This document shows positions 1 through 12,492 of a stretch of DNA of 60,730 nucleotides, piece by piece. The DNA lies in assembly GCA_000388065.2 (NCBI GenBank), contig KB932218.1; one strand, 5' to 3'. The position numbers and the translations under genes were made by a program. Positions within the stretch are counted from its first letter, which is position 1, and every line of letters starts with the position of its first letter. Below the pieces are notes generated by a model that made no database searches, was not told the origin of the DNA, and saw only the letters and a list, made by a program, of their open reading frames with translations. The stretch comes from Fonticula alba ATCC 38817. Lineage: Eukaryota; Protista; Nucleariida.

Positions 1-1034
1 AGTGGGCGCGCGGCCGAGCCGGTGCTCGAGCTCCGGTGGCGCCCGCGGGACTCCTTTTGCCATCCTGTCGTCGGGACCATCGCCCGGCCGCAGGACCTGG
101 CCCTGGAGGTGACGTACGCCCAGCAGGTGGTCCGCGTGACGACGCGCCGGCGCCGGCGCCCCCGGCCGCCGGGGGCCGCCTCCGCCAGTGGCCCCCGGGC
201 TGGGCGTTCCGCCGGGGGGGAATCGCAATCGGAGCCGGCGCCGGCACCGGAGCCGGAGCCCCAGTCGGCGCCCGGGCCCGAGGACGAGGTGGTGGAGGTT
301 CGGGAGGAGGTCCGCCTGCACCCGGTGTCCTGCCGAGTCCTCGGGGTGGTCAATGCGGTGGGTCGCTTCCGGAGCATGGCCGATTTCCAGATGGTCCCGG
401 ACCCGCATGACTACATGACGCACCTGCGTGCACAAATCAATGCCACATCCGGTGCGCCATGAGGGCAGGGGGTGGGGTGGGGGGGGGGGACTTCCGGCGC
501 TGGCCTCGCTTTTGCCGCCGGTCCGTCTGATTGTCCGCTGGCCACTGACCCGGGCCCTGTCACGCCGGGCGCCCAGCCACGGACATCGTGCAGATCGACC
601 TGCTGTCGGACCTGGCGCCGCACTCGCTCAACAGCCATGTCACGGAGCCGCTGCCGCCGCCGCAGTTTTCCCGGTCGGACTTGCCGAACCCGTATGGCTT
701 CGCGCAGAATCCCTCCGTGGCGTCGGCCATCGCCCAGACGGTGTCCGCCTCGCGGCCGACCAGCGAGTTTGGCGCCGGCCCGGCGGACTTCATTGACGAC
801 CTGTCAGCCGAGGTGGACCAGGATGGCCGCACGGCGGCCGGGAGCCTGGAACGCGCGGCGGCCTTCCGGGCCGTGACCGACATGGCCCGGTCGGTGTTGG
901 GGGAGGCCGGCGCGGCGGACACCGCGCGTGGTCTCGGCATCGGCGGGTCCGAGCCGGGGTCGCGCAAGCGCCCGCATCCTGATGCGGCGTCCGCCTCGGG
1001 GTCCGACCCCCGGGAGGCGTCCCTGGCGAAGGAG
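1..1034 (+). CDS. GTF3C5: TFIIIC subunit tau95/GTF3C5/Tfc1, internal exons (1-451 and 577-1034), physically separated from the rest of the gene
   Basis: Translation contains LELRWRPRDSFCHPV, VLGVVNAVGRFRSMADFQ and LPPPQFSRSDLPNPYGF, matching from memory GTF3C5 LELYFRPKDPYCHPV, KFQGMSDFQY and PPPIFSRLDAP. Intron 452-576 (GTGCGC...CACTGAC...CAG) joins the two exons in frame (phase 1). Donor GTGCGT at 1035 is phase 0. Confidence 0.85.
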
Positions 1035-1191
1035 GTGCGTCGGGGCCGGGCCGGGCCGCTTACGCGGTGGCGTTTGTTCCTTCTCTTCCTTCTTTTTCTT
1101 CCCCTGCCCGCGCCCTCGGTGGGCCTCACTGACCCCCCCTCGGCGTGGCCATCCTCCCGCCCTCCCCCNNNNNNNNNNCCCCCCCCCCAGC

Positions 1192-2365
1192 ATGTCCCAC
1201 ACTCCCATCCTCATGTCGACCCTGGCCAATGCCTGCCGCGGGCCGCTCTACGGCGGCGGGCTGTCGATCATCCTGCCGGAGCAGATGGTCGACGCGTCGC
1301 ACTTCCGCCCGGTCCCCGACAACCAGGAGGTCTTCCTCTCGCCGCCGCTGCATGTGAGCGGCCTGCCGGAGAACCCCTGCCAGGAGGGCCTCCCCGGGTC
1401 GCTGATTGTGGAGCTCCTGGAAATGTCGGACCTGTCCTCGATCCAGGCCCTGCAGGAGTCCGGGCAATTTGCCGAGGTCTTTGCCTCGCTGCAGTCGCGG
1501 CCCTCCTCGCAGTCGCGCACCGCGGCCATCGTCAACTTCTGCGACCTGGCCCAGCATGTCGGGTGCAGCTCGGTGCAGCTGCGCGGCGAGGTTGACTGCA
1601 GCCTCGGCCGGGCAGACCTCGACAGCCTGCTGTCCAGCGCGCCGGTCAACCTGCTGCCGGTGCTGTGCGTGTGGCCCGCCACTGGCCGCCCCATTCCCCC
1701 CCCCCCCCCCCCCCCCCCCCCTGCGTGGCCTTCCTTTGCCTCGGGCCGCGCGCCGGTGCCCCGGCCGGCCGGCTGTAGCATCGCCACTGACGCGCCCCAC
1801 CTCCGGATGCATTCACACGCGCGCGCGCGCGCACACGCACGCACGCACGCACACACGCACACACACACATGCCCATCGGCCGGTGGGTCGTACAGGCACA
1901 ATTCCCAGATCGAGGGGCATATCATCGGGGGGACGCACTTTGTTGCGCCGGACGAGCGCCGCGGTGGGCCCGAGGCCTTCTCCGTCACTCTGGCCGCCGT
2001 GCGCGTGGCCGCCCTCGGGACCGATATCATCTTCATCTGGAGCCGGCCCGTGCGTGAGACGCTCGCCGCCGGCCGGGCGCGCGCCGCCTTTGCCGCGGGC
2101 CTCTTGCGCTTTGCTTCCCTCTCTCCTTCCCCCCATGTCTGGCTGACAACTCGCTCGCTCTTTGTTTGTTGTCTCCCCCCCCCCCCGCCTTTCCGCGCAG
2201 CTGGCCTGCCCCAACGACCTGACCGAGGAGATCATTTGCGACGACCTGAAGTTCATGCGGACCACGGTCAACTCGTTGATGATCCACGACTGGGACATGT
2301 TCTTCCCGGATGGGCCGCCGACCGTGGATGCTGCCAGCGCTGGCGCTGGCACCAGCTCCCCCTAG
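1192..2365 (+). CDS. MOG1: Mog1 / Ran guanine nucleotide release factor; exons 1192-1664, 1896-2049, 2201-2365
   Basis: PLYGGGLSIILPEQMVDASHFRPVPDNQEVF matches the Mog1 N-terminal LFGGA...DVSxxRxVPDxQEVF motif. Also SLIVELLE, LAAVRVAALGTDIIFIW and SLMIHDWDMF. Both GTGCGT-CAG introns are phase-consistent. The start codon lies just after an N gap, so the 5' end is uncertain. Confidence 0.88.
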
Positions 2366-3714
2366 GGAAGGGGACCAGGCGCCTCCCCCTCCTCCCCGCC
2401 CTGCGGCTGGCCTTCTGCTCCTCCCTCGTCTTCCTCCCTCCCTCTCCCTGCCCTTGCCCCCCTAGCGCGTGCCTCCTGCTTCTCCCGGCGCACGCTGCGC
2501 AGGCGGGCGACCGAGGACGGGCAGCCGTCCGCGCGCGGCTCGCACAATATACCATCTGCCCCTTTCTCCCCAGCCTGGCCATCTGTCCCTGCCGCTCCCC
2601 CCCCCCTCTTGGCCTCTCCCATCTGCAAGCGGTGGAGCTCGCCCCGCCAGGGCCCGTGCCACCAGCAAAAGAGCATGCCACGCAAGGGCCGGCGAACCGT
2701 GACCAGGCTGCTTGACCCGAGTGTTGCCCCCTCGGATCGAGGGGGGTGGCCATCCCCACACAGTGGGCTTCCCCGCCGACGGGGAGGGGCTGCGCTACTG
2801 CCACCCCACTCGGGGGACGAAGCTGCCGGCACAGGGCGTGTGGGGCTTCTTCAACCGGCCCTGCTAGATGCCAGGTGCAGAGTGCCCCTGTTGCAAGACC
2901 AGAGCGGGGGGAGGGGGTGGAGACCGGCCGTGCCAGCGGCCTGGCCTTTCTGCAATGGGAGACCCGGCGGGCGGGAGCAGCAAGAGCGGCGAGCTGTCAT
3001 CACGTCCCCCGGCAGTGTGTGTGATCGGTGTGCCAGTGTTGGTGGTGATTCGACCATCAATGGTAGCCATTGTGCCAACAACATGTCGACAAAGATCTCC
3101 ACTGAAAAGTGCCTCGAAAATCACAACCGGATATTCAGCATATGTTTCCTAAACAGATCAGAATAGGATGGCACAAGGGCGTGCACCCAACCCCGAGAGG
3201 CACTTTCCCGCCTTCTCGTCAAATTACTTTCCCTCGTCACCGTTTTCTTTTGGCCGGGCGTTAGTCGATCGATGTAAATTTGCCCGACCGCGGCGGCGGC
3301 CGGGATGCGAGGCCGAAGCCCCGACCGGGGAGCAGCGTCGCCGGAGGAGGGAGGGGGTGCCCGGTCGCGGCGGTGGCCCGTCCCAGTCAGAAGGGGCACA
3401 GGGCCGTGAATGTGGGCTGGCTGCTTTTCTTGCCGCCCGCCGGGGGTGTGGCCGATCTCCCCCTTGTCATTTCCCCGGCCGGGAGGGCGCCCGGGCGCGG
3501 CGCCGAGCAAGATCCCCCCCCCCCTCCGGCGAGCTATTTGACGATGCGTGCCCGGGGTGAGTGCGTGTGCGTGGCGCGCATCCGCCAGCATTGCCCGAGA
3601 CCGTAGCCCCCCTCCTTGCTTTCCCTGCCTTTTGATTTCCCCACCCCTTGAAGCCCCCCTTTTTTGATTGCCCCCTCCCTTCCTCCTTCGCCGGCTATCG
3701 CCTCACCGCCGCGT

Positions 3715-5638
3715 ATGACCGAGAGTGTGGTCGAGCGGGCGGCCGAACCGGCCGGCGAGCGGGCGGAGCCGGATGTCCCGAGCCCCGGGCCCGACTTTGC
3801 CCCCACTCAGCCGATTCCCGCCCGGCGATTCTTCGTTGTCGAGTTCCCCGCTCGCGTGAAGAACCCGGACCGAGCCATCGCCTGTCTCGGTGGCCCGGTC
3901 AAGCTGGGCCAGGTGCGCCTGCCCCACTCGTGTTGTCTGGCCCGCTCCTCGGGGGGCAATCCCCCCCCCCCCCCCGGGCCGGGGCGGTATTGCATGCTCA
4001 GTGCCCTGACCAATTGTGCCTCCCCTGGCTGCCGGTGCCGACATCCGCGCAGACCATCAGTGCCAGTGATGCCTTCCATGCGAGCCGCGAGGCGGCCATC
4101 GGCATGGCAGTCCCCTCATCCGGGCTGAGCCTGGCGTCGCTCTTTCCGAAGCTGGCGCTGGCCGGGCCGGTTGACCCGGCGGCCGGGTCCGGCCCGGCGA
4201 CAGCATCGGCAGGCCCCGGCGAGCCCCGGGGAATGCGTGCTGATGAGACGCCGGCGGCGTCGGCGACCGCCGCGGCGACCGCGGCGTCGGGCATCTCCCG
4301 GCGTGACCTCCCCGAGCTGTGGGTGGACTTCACCGCGGAGACCATCCCCACCGAGCCGCCCAATCCGCACCTGGCCCACTGGATTGCCTCGAACCTGGGG
4401 TCTCATGGGTTGGAAACCCTGCGGCAGTTGCGCCAGGTGCGCCGGTTTCCTTGCTGCCCTTGTTGCCTCCCTATCTCTGCCCGTCCTTCGTCCGCTTCCG
4501 GGGCGCCTCGCCACTGACCACCGGCTCCCGCGTGCCCTGCCGGAATGCCGACTGTGCTGGCCGTGGCGCGGCGACGCGTTCTCTTCTTCGGGCTAGCTCT
4601 TCGAGGAGCGGCCGATCTGGCTGCGGAAGTCCCTGTTCGGGCGGCTTCCTCGCACCGACACGCGTCTCTTCAAGCAGTATGTCCCCATGTGCAGTCATGC
4701 TGTTGTATCTTTGTCATGCGGTGCCCCTGCTGACCGTTTGACCGGGCGGCCCGAAAGACTCATCTCCCTGGTGGCATACACCTTCACCCGGGGCCCGTGG
4801 AAGTTCTGCTGGGTCCGGTTTGGCTATGACCCACGCAAGGACCCGGCATCGCGGCTGTGCGTTTCTGCTCGAGATTGGTTCCTCAGTGCTGGCCTCCCTC
4901 CTCGGCGCCACTGACCCTGTGTCTTCTGCCCTTGCCTTGCCTCTTCCGGCTGCCTGTGGCGACCCACCCGCACCCGCGCCCGCACCCGCACACATAAATG
5001 CACATGCATGCAGCTACCAGCGCCTCGAGCTCCGAGACTGGGAGTGGCGCTCGCATCGGGGCCGTGGCCGGGGGCGCGGCGGTGCGGCCCTGGCTGCCAC
5101 CCTGCGGGCCGCCTCGCACCGAGCACACTCCCCGGTCGACGAGGAGATGGACGACCGGATTGATGCGGCCACGTCCTCGGCCGCCGAGCAGCTGGCCAGT
5201 CTCCGGCACCATCCAGCTCGGGTGGACGATGGGCCGGGCGCCCTGGCCGACGGACCGGGTGCCCCGATCGACGGGCCGGGCGTCTCGACCGACGACCAGG
5301 CTGCCCCGGACTCGCAGACCGGCGGCGTGGTGGCTATCAAGGGTCGTGGCTCGCCGCCAGCCCCTCCGACCGAGGGGCCGCCCGATGCGCTGATCCTCGG
5401 CCCGAATACCCCCAGCCGGCAGCTCCAGTCGGCCTACCAGCTGTGTGACATCACGGTCGAATCGATCCGTGAGCTGATCAATCTGTCGACCGTGGTTCGG
5501 GATACCTGCGATGTGCGTGTGTCTCGCCCTGTCCCCCTGTCCGTCTGGCGCATTTTGACCCTCTGTCCATGCCTTTGTCTCCCCCACCTTTCATACGCGT
5601 CTGTATGTTTGTGTGTGTCCCTGCCTACTTCTGCCTCT

Positions 5639-5670
<32 letters not shown>

Positions 5671-6804
5671 GTCGGTCTTTCTTTGTTTTTCTCCCTCTCT
5701 GTCTTTCTCTCGGTCTCTCTTTCTCTCTCTCGGTCTTTGTCTCGGTCTCTCTCTCTCCCTCCCTCTCTCTCTCTCTCTCTCTCTCGGTCTCTCTCTCTCT
5801 CTCTCTCTCTCGGTCTCTCTCTCTCTCTCTCTCTCGGTCTCTCTCTCTCTCTCTCTCGGTCTTTGTCTCGGTCTCTGCGCCCGTGTGTATGATTGCGCGC
5901 GTGCGACGGCACATTCAATGTCCATTGCCCTCTTCCGCCGGTGCAGGCCCGTACCGGCTGGTACATCGAGGAGGCATATGGCATGATCACCAAGCTCTGC
6001 CGGATGCGCATCACCATGGGCCCGGCCTTTGCCCAGGAGACCAGCGTGCGCGACACGCTGATGCTCTTCCAGGCGGCGGCCGCCGCCGCATCAGGAGCCG
6101 GGGGCGACATCCGGGCGTCCAGCAGCGCCGGCGGCTTGGGCTCCTCTAGCTCTTCGCCAGGAATGCCAATGACGGAGGCCACCTCGCCGGCATCAGGCGG
6201 CATCCTCGGGTCGCCGGCCGACCGCGCTGACATCGAGTTCCCCACCTTCGACGAGGAGGAGGAGGACGACGAGGAAGAGGAGGAGGAGGACGATGATGAG
6301 GAAGACGACGAGGAGGAAGAGGAGAACGACGACGACGACGACGAAGGGGAAGAGGACGGTGCCGCGGCCACTACCGGCAGCTTCTTGGAGCCTGGGGCAT
6401 CGGCCGACGCCGGGGCCCGGGGGTCCCTCACCTCGGGCCGGGCACTGGCCGGCATGGGGTCCATGTCGCTGCCGGCCGGGCTGTCCGGGGCCCTGTGGCT
6501 GGCGTCTCAGGGTCCACCGGCCGCGGTGCCCACCGATTCGGCTCAGACCGTGAGCGCGCTGCAGGCCGCCTCGATGGCCATCCAGGCCGGCATGCCTGGC
6601 TCCACGTCGCCCGTGCTGGCCGATGCGCCGACTTTCTCCTCGGTGGCGGCCGCCGTGAAGGCGGCCACCGAGCTGGGCGCCGACGGCGAGGACGACGACT
6701 TCCGGCCGTACGATGTCTTCGGTGACGATGGCGACCCGGACGAGGAGGATTCCGAGGAGGAGGAGGAGGACGACGAGGACGACGACTCGGCCATGATCTT
6801 CTGA
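3715..6804 (+). CDS. GTF3C5: TFIIIC subunit tau95/GTF3C5: N-terminal exon plus DNA-binding domain and acidic tail; exons 3715-3912, 4053-4436, 4597-4676, 4758-4856, 5014-5512, 5947-6804
   Basis: FVVEFPARVKNPDRAIACLGG (VEYPG..V....LGG motif), LFEERPIW, VAYTFTRGPWKFCWVRFGYDPRKDP...YQRLELR, YQLCDI, TGWY and a D/E-rich tail. All splice phases checked by hand. It lacks the segment encoded at 1-1034. Confidence 0.9.
5636..5876. repeat. Compound microsatellite: (CTCGGT)n then (CT)n blocks punctuated by CGGT, inside the last tau95 intron (5513-5946)
   Basis: Seen directly; explains the RERE/SLSL spurious ORFs. Confidence 0.95.
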
Positions 6805-7076
6805 GCCCGGTGTTGGCTCTTTTTTTTTTTCTCGTGTCCCCCCCCCCCCGCCCGTCCGCGGCCTCTCCCCTCCGCCGCGCTCTCCAGTCTGGGCGCGGAG
6901 GAATAAAAGCACCTGCCAACGCTGATCCTTCGGTGGCACCTGGTTATTGCATGGTCCGGCCGGGTCCCGCGCCGTCGGCGGAAGGGCCGGCGGGCGGTTT
7001 CCCCCCTGGCGCGTCTGCCGGGCGTTCCTGGGCCCTCTGTCTCTCCCTCTCCCTTCCGGGCCCGGAGAACGCCTGC

Positions 7077-7109
<33 letters not shown>

Positions 7110-7595
7110 NNNNNNNNNNNNNNNNNNNNNNNNNNNNNNNNNNNNNNNNNNNNNNNNNNNNNNNNNNNNNNNNNNNNNNNNGGGGGCGGGGGAGCACTTT
7201 CCGCGTCGCCGGTTTTCGCCGTGGGCGCCTCGCCGGCCCACTGCCATGGGGGCCTGCGCGTCTCCAAATTCAAGTGGCGTCGGCTTGGGCCAGCCTGTGC
7301 CGGGCTGTGGTCAAGCACAGCACCTCTGTCCCCACCCATTTCGCCCCTCCGCCCTTTCGCCCCTCCCCCCACCGCCCCTAAGTGCCGCGCCCGGAGGCCC
7401 TGCCCCCCTGCTGCCAAGATTCTCGGGCTCCTCTCGCGCCGCTGTACGCGGATCGCCCGTCTTCCATCGCTCGCCCGTCCTTCGTCGCTTGCTCGCCACA
7501 GCCTAGTCGCCACCCCCGCCGCCCCCGCCGCCGTCACCGTCGCGCCTGCCTCGTCGCGGTTTTTCTCCTCGCCGGCCCTTCGCCCTCCTGTCACC

Positions 7596-9742
7596 ATGAC
7601 GCAGCTGAACTACGAGCCGATCGATGAGGCGACTCTGGCCGACTCGAACATGCCGCCGATCGCGGAGACCGAGCTGGTTCCGACGCCGGTTCGCATGACG
7701 ACCACCGCGCTGGAATTCAAGCTTGTGGCGAAGTGCTCGACCACACGCGCGCGCGCGTCTGTCCTGTCCCTCCCGCATGCGGACGTCCTAACCCCGGTGT
7801 TTATGCCGGTTGGTACACAGGTATGTGACCTCTTCTCCCTCTTCTTCTTTTCCTTCTCCTTCTCATTCTTTCTTCTTTTCCTTTTCCTTCTCCTTCTTTA
7901 CCTTCTCCTCCCCCTCCCACTTCCTCCTCCCACTTCCCTCTCCTACCCTCCCCCACCCTCCCGCCCCCTCCCCCACCCTCCCTTCTCACCTTGCTGATTT
8001 CCTTTGCACCGACCTCCCGATGGGGCTTTGCCGATCCGCCTCTCGCCCTGTCTCCAGGGCACTCTGAAGGGCATCTCCACCAAGCAGCTGGAGGACCTGG
8101 ACTGTCGCATCATGCTTGGCAACACCTACCACCTCGGCAACCGGCCGGTGCGTCGACGCGCCCCCTGGCTGGGTGCCCTGTCTCCTCCTCTTCCTTTTGG
8201 CCTCGCCGGGACTTTCCCTAACGCATGCCTCCCCCCCCCCCCCACACACACATGCATGACCCCCCGCTAACCTGGCACCGCAGGGCGAGGAGGTGATGAA
8301 GGAGATGGGCGGTCTCCACAAATTCCAGAACTGGAACCGCGCCCTGCTCACGGTGCGTCCTTGGCCATGCCAGCCCTCGTGCCCTCCTTCCTTCTTTGGG
8401 CATTCGGTCGTCGCTCACTCATGTCCCCCGTTCCGGTCCCCGTCCCCTTGCACCTCAGGACTCCGGCGGCTTCCAGATGGTGTCGCTGCTGAAGTTCGCT
8501 CGTGTCACCGAGGAGGGTGTCCTCTTCGAGTCGCCGCACGACGGGTCGGAGATGCTCCTGACCCCGGAGAAGTCGGTGGAAATCCAGAATGGCATCGGCG
8601 CCGACATCCTGATGGTGCGTCGTCCAGCCTGCCGACTGCCTTATCAAGTTGGCCCGCCCCCCCCCCTGCCCGGCCCTCTTTCTGTGAGACTGCCCCACCT
8701 TTGACTGACTCTTGTTCCCTGCCCTCCGGCTTGCGGCCCCGCCCCCCCCCTGTACGCCCCCCCGCAGCAACTGGACGATGTGATCAGCTCCACGGTCACT
8801 GGCAAGCGCGTGGAGGAGGCCATGTACCGGTCGATTCGCTGGCTGGACCGGTGCATCATGGCCCACGGCCGAGCCACCGACCAGAACATCTTCGCCATCA
8901 TCCAGGGCGGCCTGGATGCCGACTTGCGGACGATCTGCGTGCGGGAGATGGTCAAGCGCAACACGCCGGGCTACGCCATCGGCGGGCTCAGCGGCGGCGA
9001 GGCCAAGGATGCTTTCTGGCGGACGGTGGCCCACACGGCCCCCCTGCTGCCGGAAAACAAGCCCATCTACTGCATGGGCGTCGGGTTTGCCATTGACCTG
9101 GTCGTGTGCACGGCCCTCGGTGTGGACATGTTCGATTGTGTGTATCCCACGCGCACGGCCCGCTTTGGGACGGCGCTCACCGACGCCGGGAACATGCAGC
9201 TCAAGCACTCGAAGTATGCCACGGACCTGCAGCCCATTGACGCCGACTGTCCATGCATGACCTGCCGGACGTATTCGCGCGCCTACCTCCACAGCATCCT
9301 CGGCCAGGAGACCGTGGTCTGCCATCTGCTGTCCATCCACAATGTGGCGTACCAGCTGCGGCTGATGACCCGCATGCGCGATGCCATCATCGCCGATGAG
9401 TGCGTGTGGCAGATTGCTTCTTCCCCCCCCCCCCCCCCCCCCCCCGCCCCTTTGTCCCTTCGTTGTTGCCTGTCCTCCGGCCGCCTCCCCGAGCCGGTGG
9501 GGCTGTCTGCTGGCCACTTTGTCTCTGCCCCACTCCGATGCCGGCGTTTTCTCACACCTTCGGTCGGTCTTTCCGCGCCTTTCCTCCCCCTCTGGCGGGC
9601 CAGGTTCCCGGCATTCGTGCGGACCTTCATGTCGACCATGTTTGCCCACTCGCCCTACCCCCAGTGGATTGTGGACTCCATGCGCTCGGTCAATGTCGAG
9701 CTCAATCCCAATCCTCATGGCATCACCTCGGCCGAGCGGTAG
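7596..9742 (+). CDS. QTRT1: Queuine tRNA-ribosyltransferase catalytic subunit; exons 7596-7820, 8058-8147, 8284-8352, 8459-8614, 8768-9399, 9604-9742
   Basis: [94 protein letters not shown], Zn site CPCMTC and HNVAYQL. All five introns are phase-consistent. Confidence 0.97.
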
Positions 9743-10118
9743 CCGGCGTGCACCCTTGCGCGCACATGCGAACTCACCCCCTGGGGCGGCCTGCCCTTCG
9801 CCTGGCTTCTTCCCCCCATATACCCCCCTCTCCTACGCCCTGGGTTGGGCCAGGGCCGAAAAATAGACCAAGAGCTGCCCTCCTCCTCCCCTTCACCTCC
9901 TGCCCAGCAGCAGGGGGCTTTCTTTGGCCCGGTGTCCGCCCCCTGTTCCGCTGGCGCGGCGGGAGGGGCCCGGCCATCGGCGCCGCTTAGTCCCGGGAGG
10001 ACGCGTCTGCCTTTTTGCCTGGTGGTGACAGGTGTATTGGACGAATGCCGCACCGGGCGGACGGGAAGGCGGCAGCCATCGGCGCATGGGGATGCTCCCC
10101 TCGGCCCTCGGCAGGGCC

Positions 10119-12014
10119 TTACTCCGGGATACCCCCGGCATAGAAGGCCTTCATGAACTGGACGTAGTTCTCCACGTCATACGCGCCGCACACCTCGCGG
10201 ATGCTGTGCATGCTGAGCTGCGGGATGCCGATGTCGGCCGTGGCGATGCCGGTCTGCGAGGTGCAGATGGGCCCGATGGTCGAGCCGCAGGGGGAGTCAT
10301 TGCGCACGGCCACCTGGTAGGGGGAGGGGGGGGGGGGGGGGGGCATGTGTCAGAGGGAGGGAAAAGGGAAAACAAAGAAAACAAGGCGCCAAGCGGGCCC
10401 GGCGCAAATGGCCAGGCCACGGGGGACACGGCAGGAAGAGGGTAAAGATGGCAGACATGCGCGGCGCACCTCCTGCACGGGGACATCCCCCCGGCGGGCA
10501 ATGGCCCGAATGAACTGGGCCGTGGTGCCGTTGGTGGCGTAGCGCTGGTTGCCATTGTACTTGATGACGATGCCGGCATTCATGGCCGGGCGCAGGCCGC
10601 TCTGGGCATGCTTGCCGGAGTAGTTCGGGTGCACGGCGTGCGCCATGTCGGCCGACACCACGAAGGACCGGGCCACGGCCATGGCGAAGAGCTCCTCGGC
10701 CGGGGGGACGGGGGCGGTCGCGTCGGCGGCCGCCTGGTGCCGGGCCAGGGCCCCGGTGATGCGCCGGAGGATTGACGACAGGTAGGTGCTGTCGGCGCCG
10801 ACGGTCGACGTCGAGCCGACCTCCTCGTGGTCGAACATGGCCAGAACACGGGTGACATCGCGGTCGGCCGCCGCCGGGGCCGGGGCATCCAGGGCACCGA
10901 GCAGGCCCTCCAGCCCGGCATAGCAGGAAGCCAGGTTGTCCAGACGCGGGGCAAAGAGGAACGCCTCGTCCAGGCCGCCGGTGGAGGCTGGCTGGGTGTC
11001 GGCCAGGCAGAGCTCCAGCTCGGCGATGTCGGCCGCGGACACCGACCGGGCGGCCGTCGTGCTGATTTGCTCGGCGATCATGCGCAGCAGGGCCGGCTCA
11101 TGGCGTGCGGTCACGTCGGCCGGGTTTCCGGAGGCCGGATTCTCAGCGAAGGAGGGGGTCTTGGCCAGGCCGAGCATCGGCTGCAGGTGCTCCTCGAAGT
11201 TGGGCTGGAACCCCTTGGAGCTCACCTCGCGGTCCAGGTGGATGGCCAGCGTGGGGATGCGTAGCAGGGGCCTGCCATTCGGGGAGGAGGGCGCAAGGGG
11301 GAGACACACATGTGCACGGGTGCACGCATGCATCGGTGTGGGGGGTCAGACTCGGGGATGTCCATCTTCCAAAAGGGGGGCACTGTGCATCCGGCAAAAA
11401 GCAGCGCACTTGTCAAAGTGCACCAGGTGCGAGGATCCATCGTTCAGGACAACCTGGCCGGCGACGGTCAGGTCGCGATCAAACCAGGTGTGCCAAAGCC
11501 CACCGCCGTAGGTCTCCACGCCGACCTGGACGTAGCCCTGCGAGGCGAGGGTCGACCGGGCGCGAATCCGCGGGCAGGGGCTGTCGGTGTGGGTGCCGAC
11601 AATGTGGAAGCCGGAGGTGGCACTCTGAGGGCGAAGGTCAGCCAGGTGGGAGGGGCGAATGCGGGGCCCTGGAGCTAGCGTCCGCGAGCGCGAGGGGAAG
11701 GACGCGCAGTGTGCGGAGTGCACACACGGCCAGGAATAGACTCAGAGCAGGCGAGCAGGCGGGAGGCGCACCTGGCCAGCGGCGAAGGCCACAATGGCAC
11801 TGCCATTGCGCACAACAAAGTATCGACCACCAGGGGTGATTTCCATCGGGGCAGCGGCCGAGGGCGACCAGGGATCGCACTCGCGCAGGCGCGTGAAGCC
11901 GGCCGCCTCCAGGCGCTTGACAACCGTCTGCACAGCATGGAACGGCGACGGCGAGGCGTCGATGAAGCGACCGAGCGAGCGGGCGGTGTTGGCGAGGGCG
12001 GAGCTGGTAGACAT
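10119..12014 (-). CDS. DNPEP: Aspartyl aminopeptidase (peptidase M18), multi-exon
   Basis: DASPSPFHAV, IVGTHTDSP, VETYGGGLWHTWFDRDL, RIPTLAIHLDR, PRLDNLASC, FDHEEVGS, SADMAHAVHPNY, NQRYATN, RNDSPCGSTIGPI and DIGIPQLSMHSIRE all occur on the minus strand in the expected order. Confidence 0.97.
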
Positions 12015-12492
12015 GGCAAAGGGGAAGGCCGAGGGCGGGGGAGGGGGAGGGGAGGCCGAAGAGGAGGAGAGAATGGAGAGAAAGGAGGATACCTGCCACT
12101 CCCGGTTGGCACCCACCAGAGGGGCGCAGGTCCCCGATGAATCTTCCGCCTGCCTGTCCGCCAGGTCCGCCGAAAGTGGGAACCCGGTCAAGGCACGTCC
12201 CCCGATTGACAAGGGACTCGCACTAGACAGCTGCCCCCCCCCGAGCCGGACAGGAGAGGGAGGCACAAACCACGAAACAATGTCGAGTCACATGACTTCC
12301 ATTCGCCGTTGCAGCCCCGCTGCCCTGGTGAAAAGCGCCCCGCCCGGCGTGTGCCCATCGCCCGGATGGCCCCGATCATCCCGCTTCATTTCCCCCCCCC
12401 TCCCATTCTCCAACCCCTCGTTTCTGCTCTTTCGCTCGCCCCGCCCCCCGACCCGGTCGGTTTGATTCTACCACCCGCGACTGTCTGCAGGC

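Noticed and set aside
588-1595. Apparent tau95-MOG1 fusion across gap 1169-1178
   Set aside because: Splicing 1034 to the AG at 1190 enters MOG1 out of frame, and the junction is an assembly gap.
5434-6149. RERE/SLSL low-complexity ORFs resembling SR proteins
   Set aside because: They are translations of the intronic (CT)n microsatellite.
7079-7190. Long poly-G/poly-C tracts (also ~28931, 49778, 59566) as G-quadruplex elements
   Set aside because: They are common across the window and their lengths are unreliable because assembly breaks at them; no specific function can be supported.
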